Source: Macrostomum lignano (Eukaryota). Taken from it: a stretch of DNA of 64,000 bases. Numbering within the stretch: the stretch's first letter is position 1; every line of letters begins with the position of its first letter. Below the pieces are notes generated by a model. That model saw nothing but the letters and a program-made list of their open reading frames with translations. It had not been told where the DNA came from and searched no databases. The position numbers were made by a program, and so were the translations under genes. The stretch spans positions 723,297 through 787,296 of the forward strand of contig NIVC01000168.1 of NCBI GenBank assembly GCA_002269645.1. Direction: 5' to 3'. Below are positions 61,401 through 64,000 of this stretch, one piece after another.

Positions 61401-63552
61401 GCAACCGACAGCTCAGTTGCAGCTATTGCGCGGCGCATCTGAAGGCTGTTCTGGGAAGGACTGGGGGTCACCACACACACCCTCAATTCCCCCAGCTGAT
61501 GCTTTCACCCATTTTGCAGCTGCATGGGTGAACTGAAGCAATGCAGAGTGTCTTGCTCATGAACGCAAATTGTTTCAGTGGGATCGGGAATCGAACCCCC
61601 GACCTTCAGGTTTTAAGTCCGACGCTCTAACCACTAGGCTACAATCCCCCTCTAAGCTACAACCCCTCTAAGCTACAACCCTAATATACAACCCCCTAAG
61701 CTACAACCCATCTAAGCTACAACCCCTCTGAGCTACAACCTCTTCTAAGCTAAAACCCCTCTTAAGCTACAACCCCTCTAAGCTACAACCCCTCTAAGCT
61801 ACAACCCCTCTAAGCTAAAACCCCTCTTAAGCTACAACCCCTCTAAGCTACAACCCCTTCTAAGCTACAACCCCTCTAAGCTACAACCCCTCTAAGCTAC
61901 AACCCCTTCTAAGCTAAAACCCCTCTAAGCTACAACCCCTCTAAGCTAAAACCCCTCTTAAGCTACAACCCCTCTAAGCTACAACCCCTCTAAGCTACAA
62001 CCCCTCTAAGCTAAAACCCCTCTAAGCTACAACCCCTCTAAGCTACAACCCCTTCTAAGCTAAAACCCCTCTAAGCTACAGCCCCTCTAAGCTAAAACCC
62101 CTCTAAGCTACAACCCCTCTAAGCTACAACCCCTCTATGCTACAACCCCTCTAAGCTACAACCCCTCTAAGCTACAACCCCTTCTAAGCTAAAACCCCTC
62201 TAAGCTACAACCCCTCTAAGCTAAAACCCCTCTTAAGCTACAACTCCTCTAAGCTACAACCCCTCTAAGCTACAACCCCTCTAAGCTACAACCCCTCTAA
62301 GCTACAACCCCTCTAAGCTACAACCCCTCTAAGCTACAACCCCTCTAAGCTACAACCCCTCTAAGCTACAACCCCTCTAAGCTAAAACCCCTCTAAGCTA
62401 CAACCCCTCTAAGCTACAACCCCTCTAAGCTACAACCCCTCTAAGCTACAACCCCTCTAAGCTAAAACCCCTCTAAGCTACAACCCCTCTAAGCTAAAAC
62501 CCCTCTTAAGCTACAACCCCTCTAAGCTACAACCCCTCTAAGCTACAACCCCTCTAAGCTACAACCCCTTCTAAGCTAAAACCCCTCTAAGCTACAACCC
62601 CTCTAAGCTAAAACCCCTCTTAAGCTACAACCCCTCTAAGCTACAACCCCTCTAAGCTAAAACCCCTCTAAGCTACAACCCCTCTAAGCTACAACCCCTC
62701 TAAGCTACAACCCCTCTAAGCTACAACCCCTCTAAGCTAAAACCCCTCTAAGCTACAACCCCTCTAAGCTACAACCCCTCTAAGCTAAAACCCCTCTAAG
62801 CTACAACCCCTCTAAGCTACAACCCCTCTAAGCTAAAACCCCTCTTAAGCTACAACCCCTCTAAGCTTCAACCCCTCTAAGCTAAAACCCCTCTAAGCTA
62901 CAACCCCTCTTAAGCTACAACCCCTCTAAGCTACAACCCTTCTAAGCTACATCCCCCTAAGCTACAGCCGCGATTATACTCAAATCAATCGGTAAAATTC
63001 TATTGACACCCATCATTTTGGTATCGGTAACAAAGTATTTTTAAAAGTAAAACGGGAAAAGTAGCTTTTCAGAGAAGTAACAATTGTTAAATTATAGTAA
63101 ATAGTAACGAGTGACTTACTGAACACTACCAATCTACCACTAGCAGAAGACTGCTGGCACAGCCTGACTTCTGCCATGTCCAACGTAAGCGCAACGCTGT
63201 TTACAAACGCCACGAATGGCAGCGATTCGCATTCGTTGATATCGTACACGACTCTGAGTAGCTCGAACGGAGTTTTCAACGGATACTTCTTGACGGTGCG
63301 CATCCGGTCAATTCAATTTCAAGGCTTCTCTGAAATTGGAGCATTAGTAAATTTATTGGCATAACCAATATTCGAAACCCGCAGATCACATTTAATAAGC
63401 AAGTTCGAGTGACCGGTTTCGGCTTCATGGGTGCGGGCAACAATTTAAGGATTGGAGACAAACCGGTTGCCTACGCAGCCGTGAAGCTGCTGTTCTTTGA
63501 AGCGGAAGCGGCTGCGTGGGTCAGTGCAGCAACGGCGCTAAGTCTGAACAAG
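22444..63552 (+). CDS. Giant multi-exon secreted/extracellular mosaic protein (F5/8C, CTLD, F-type lectin-like, kringle-like, FAMeT-like, PAN-like); continues beyond the window; interrupted by a transposon at 57327-61139
   Basis: Exon 1 (22444-22531) encodes the signal peptide MVQPLCTFAGPICWLLSAFLALCVSAQNI. More than 40 further candidate exons have canonical splice sites, and most checked junctions are phase-compatible (e.g. 23348-23697, 25267-25420, 25518-25732, 27167-27296, 28726-28900). A few junctions near 29510-30600, 31930-32010 and 33180 are unresolved. Confidence 0.85.
23348..25420 (+). CDS. F5/8 type C (discoidin)-like domain 1 (two exons)
   Basis: VWIYFPFDFNVTGFLVYG...RVTSFKAGYS...CVLQLDLVGYP. 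Confidence 0.7.
23716..24394 (+). mobile_element. 5'-truncated non-LTR retrotransposon (RNase H plus CCHC zinc knuckle, I/Ingi-like group) with (GAA)n tail
   Basis: VHLQWVPGHAGIPGNEAVDEIAKQG, then CRLCGDGEETAAHLLISCP. The segment is very GC-rich, ends in a (gaa)6 tail and is flanked by a possible 4-bp TSD CTAG (23712-23715 and 24395-24398). Confidence 0.9.
25010..25120. repeat. 9-bp tandem repeat (gacatacta), about 12 copies
   Basis: Direct tandem repeats. Confidence 0.95.
26310..27050. repeat. 33-bp palindrome-rich minisatellite (gtgtcactgacagctgtttataaatgcgcgctt), about 22 copies
   Basis: Tandem units; translation period of 11 aa. Confidence 0.97.
27773..28282. mobile_element. Possible non-autonomous DNA element with short TIRs
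   Basis: gtagaactacc..aagggg at the left is inverted relative to ccccccctcggtagttctac at the right. Confidence 0.4.
28726..29514 (+). CDS. C-type lectin domain 1 (two exons)
   Basis: CPPGWMRGLTGFCW...WSEADQFC...GRL; YHVGLRR...WLWSDGT...DCAAL...VPCTSKLHFICQ. Confidence 0.85.
29640..30432. repeat. 16-bp minisatellite (ctccgacacttcatat) with variant units, about 50 copies
   Basis: Direct tandem repeats. Confidence 0.97.
31801..32110 (+). CDS. Kringle-like domain 1
   Basis: CTVTGDDYEFYDYGVTMTQSGRACQAW...CYF...EYC. Confidence 0.55.
32191..33753 (+). CDS. F-type lectin (FTP)-like / galactose-binding-fold domain 1
   Basis: ATMDGND...; LNNFTVKV...C...FWCERPIAGRYV. Confidence 0.55.
32477..32765 (+). 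mobile_element. tRNA-derived SINE, copy 1
   Basis: A box tagcctagtgg, degenerate B box, and central ccttgatcaagacacttaactct...ctgtaaaatggg. Homologous to the copies at 36335 and 61385. Confidence 0.85.
33854..35327 (+). CDS. FAMeT (Methyltransf_FA)-like domain 1
   Basis: RWEISIGGNGTAAFL...DDYQSLQLVWTQLGVDVSIGG resembles YEIVIGGWGN...EFRxFWIxWxxGxIxVG. Confidence 0.5.
34074..34679. mobile_element. MITE with about 85-bp TIRs containing a nested second MITE (34173-34364)
   Basis: Outer acaacttaatc...ggacggtaaactcgaaaatcatggcgaaaaaaaattagaggctcgttt...gttctatggc is mirrored at 34595-34679. Inner termini are ggccggatgcagaaagct and agctttctgcatacggcc. Confidence 0.8.
35405..36009 (+). CDS. F5/8 type C domain (three exons; first intron GC-AG)
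   Basis: YIQVSFLKSVTAFVLATQ...HSTDGESF...ESRWMLYGC. Confidence 0.7.
36092..38941 (+). CDS. F-type lectin-like domain 2
   Basis: ITDAS...GPWIAVDFVSLRYIEFALVFG...TLKITELEIYGNP. Confidence 0.55.
36335..36605 (+). mobile_element. tRNA-derived SINE, copy 2
   Basis: A box tagcccagtgg, B box ggttcgattccc, same body as copy 1. Confidence 0.9.
36969..37241. mobile_element. MITE-like element; its terminus is shared with the sequence at about 15225-15240
   Basis: ggagcgtcgcca and tggcgacgcccc form inverted termini; gcgtcgccaccggga matches the reverse complement of 15225-15240. Confidence 0.55.
37400..38680 (+). mobile_element. Degraded non-LTR retrotransposon 3' end (CR1/L2-group-like), apparently interrupted by a 35-bp array
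   Basis: NKTCPKCHMGIESEVHFLFKC at about 38448-38510, followed by FKNLTAEEKVFYLMN in another frame. The left flank assignment is weaker. Confidence 0.55.
37685..38415. repeat. 35-bp minisatellite (gtgaaactgtcaacattgacgagtagcgaaatcat), about 21 copies
   Basis: Head-to-tail units with no spacers; internal GTCAA-ca-TTGAC hairpin. Confidence 0.97.
39317..40930 (+). CDS. F5/8 type C domain (start of the second cassette)
   Basis: DWLSLYLPYTYALTGLLIRGG...VTSFQVFYS...RQLKIDLVGYP. Confidence 0.75.
40036..40300 (+). mobile_element. Second tRNA-headed SINE-like element
   Basis: Acceptor-like stem GTGGCTG/CGGTCAC, A box tggcagagtg and B box ggctcgattcc, followed by a structured body. Confidence 0.55.
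41160..42260 (+). CDS. Linker module plus C-type lectin domain 2
   Basis: CPPGFVPMGDTCL...ARRVC...GDL; IHVGIVRSGSVWQWLDGT...WKLGQP...FACQ. Confidence 0.85.
43011..43325 (+). CDS. Kringle-like domain 2
   Basis: NCLIAQGDKENYVYPVNVTAYGRVC...NYC...PFCYV...QSCILHNC. Confidence 0.55.
43450..44244 (+). CDS. F-type lectin-like domain 3
   Basis: SLVVDFKSLHFINGVDL; LRLYVGNS...C...IAC...RFLAL...LNITALMVYG. Confidence 0.55.
46448..47158 (+). CDS. FAMeT-like domain 2
   Basis: FNARLRQQTLKVWLTN is paralogous to MFARLRNSGLKLWLTN at about 33950; RYIVHLSGNG...DEFANLRVTW. Confidence 0.5.
47290..50195 (+). CDS. F5/8C, F-type lectin-like, F5/8C and linker domains
   Basis: VRLYPRKWQNGLELRWQLYGC; LAVDGN...LC...W...SFCEFEIYGYP; AIGLEDGRV...RAKVVRLLP...LRFELLGYP. 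Confidence 0.75.
48765..49135. repeat. 25-bp minisatellite (gggatgcctgggatttctatagctt), about 15 copies
   Basis: Direct tandem repeats. Confidence 0.95.
50475..51345. repeat. 32-bp palindrome-rich minisatellite (gcagatcagctagctatacatgcatgtctcat) with 21-bp deletion variants
   Basis: Tandem units containing AGCTAGCT and ACATGCATGT. Confidence 0.95.
51512..52369 (+). CDS. C-type lectin domain 3
   Basis: CPTNSLRHGRFCY...AQSIC...GQLA; NWAS...GDCLV...QWRTVACD...PFLCE. Confidence 0.85.
52530..54730 (+). CDS. PAN-like module, two F5/8C domains and a linker (includes a GC-AG intron at 52953)
   Basis: EEWLQVDFLHKVTVQSVAMSG...VTSYIILYS...GRSFRLYP...KLELFGC; RVFSVITAG...ISSYDLRYG...RLQFGVLAFP. Confidence 0.75.
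54935..55330 (-). mobile_element. Non-LTR retrotransposon 3' fragment with short-repeat tail, carrying an inserted copy of host exon sequence
   Basis: CRECGHFICECPVFTQDRLTYLG...PRIF and FHQLVRYLRATGRA; tail aagtcaagtaagtcaag. Confidence 0.65.
55510..56275 (+). CDS. C-type lectin domain 4
   Basis: CPVNFYYHEGAC...AEAYC; WSHWAPSQP..GSCA...WTSVDC...HVICQ. Confidence 0.85.
56428..56915. repeat. Polypurine (GA/GGA) low-complexity tract
   Basis: Almost exclusively A and G on the + strand for about 490 nt. Confidence 0.95.
57327..61139 (+). mobile_element. Transib/RAG1-like (Chapaev-related) DNA transposon, 3,813 bp, apparently intact
   Basis: Termini CACACATG...CATGTGTG; imperfect TIRs of about 112 bp (57327-57438, 61028-61139); perfect 5-bp TSD CAACA at 57322-57326 and 61140-61144. 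Confidence 0.9.
57894..60035 (+). CDS. RAG1/Transib/Chapaev-type DDE transposase, 713 aa
   Basis: N-terminal H-x7-C-x2-C...P-x3-C-x2-C motif. Catalytic D (GIDSGG), D (AVDMK) and E (SEQVVETAH). Zinc ligands PCPWC and PKVHAVIDH. LHLLLG and FAGN motifs correspond to RAG1 LHCDIG and GN. The ORF is uninterrupted. Confidence 0.9.
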   Translation: MPYMYKEMSHATHALSHEENRLKICLLCYKKGSSMQRIGNASLKRIQAHFLPNYNANDEQLPAALCARCNKLLADVDKGIKAPNVLPNSSEVVKVSPTKITRQSSSCACKICETARFNPIGKGLGKWKPEPHSLGRPACSDPDHGLPPAQPVVICQRCHSMVGRGLPHYCTQTQRREILFSKLSLDRRGAEIHASDVIKAKAASTGSNSRFQLATRGRDLTVCVGQRAGSSTSMRGGCAVPAEEFSRFQQTLCLSSRQTKLAAQFFRAWKGRKSIEPNLRSKLSAIDSALDDLFELTNLEMDCAKGKREMRSIVFCTDPLALIDRVMARRQVSADDGALIKVGIDSGGGFLKFCVSIVSAQGLKDQPTGSRSTYAEGACRFHFEDGGVRKLLLLAIAESVSESYDNLQQILNLLNLQGFSFCAAVDMKISNAILGLQCCSSTHPCPWCKTARIDFSNPDRTNVLRSIGGIRLQAFEYQRTVEEKAPRNVSAAAFKNCVRSPLLEVPDSTMVLQAIPPMGLHLLLGVTNRLFEELETQLRGLEDCQISTDDWLQQLGLRRPLQNGGNFAGNACECLLNGVDILIAMLAQHNVFSAMPVAHALRCFRDVKASCFGMSVCGDFENRVRAFEQAYIDLGIRVTPKVHAVIDHVVQFLNMSNIAGEPKKGLGFWSEQVVETAHHDFSSMWQDFRIDFHHPSYPDRLRKCVVAYCSRHA
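61385..61650 (-). mobile_element. tRNA-derived SINE, copy 3
   Basis: Minus strand ggggattgtagcctagtggttagagcg...ggttcgattccc followed by the same body as copies 1 and 2. Confidence 0.9.
61651..62966. repeat. 16-17-bp satellite (cccctctaagctacaa), about 80 copies, contiguous with the SINE 5' end
   Basis: The minus-strand unit GGGGTTGTAGCTTAGA matches the SINE head GGGGATTGTAGCCTAG. Confidence 0.97.
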
Positions 63553-64000
63553 GTACGAGTGGTTTCTAAAGGACTAATTGACTTTTAACAGTAGAAAGAC
63601 CACGCTATTTTCCCCATGGGAAAGACCACGGGGATGTATTACAAATACATCCAACCCATTTCACGATAGTTCGCAAACCGAATTACCGATTTTCTTAAAA
63701 TTCCACCATATGGATCAAATTTTTCCGCCCTTTTCGACGAACTAACTTTCAAAGTTATCCGACATCAGCATCGTCAAGATATTCAACGATTCTTGTCGAA
63801 GACACTGGTGGCAAGGACAACCAACACTACACTCTATAAACCTTTATGATGAAAAATGTGTGTATTTGAAATACACCCCTTTGGCGGCTTGCTGAGCAAG
63901 GCGAAAATTAAAGGAACACGGTTGGTTTTATATTTGATTATGCCCGTGGGCTAAATAGAGTAGCGCGGTGCGTAGAAGCAAAAGTGGTGTCATAGACTAA

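Noticed and set aside
61651-62966. Telomere-like C-rich array
   Set aside because: The 16-17-bp unit is not TTAGGG-type, is internal to an intron, and is better explained by the adjacent SINE head.

Overview
Eukaryotic, intron-containing invertebrate DNA. The tiny introns, dense minisatellites and gene content suggest a free-living flatworm such as Macrostomum (inference only). Main content: (1) a decayed P-element/THAP9-type transposase at the left edge. (2) On the minus strand, a gene split into three ORFs by the ORF track that splices in frame into one protein of at least about 3,360 aa: roughly 75-80 ankyrin repeats fused to a cGAS-like (Mab-21/cGLR) nucleotidyltransferase with an apparently intact catalytic triad. 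(3) From 22444 to beyond the window end, a giant multi-exon secreted mosaic protein with F5/8-type C, C-type lectin, F-type lectin-like, kringle-like, FAMeT-like and PAN-like modules arranged in repeated cassettes. (4) An intact 3.8-kb Transib/RAG1-like DNA transposon (CAC termini, about 112-bp TIRs, 5-bp TSD CAACA, 713-aa transposase with a Chapa/RAG1-type N-terminal zinc motif) inserted in a coding exon of that gene. (5) Many intronic minisatellites, SINEs, MITEs and LINE/Penelope remnants, including a 1.3-kb satellite apparently grown from the first 16 nt of a tRNA-derived SINE. All gene models were spliced by eye; domain names come from motif recognition, not database searches.
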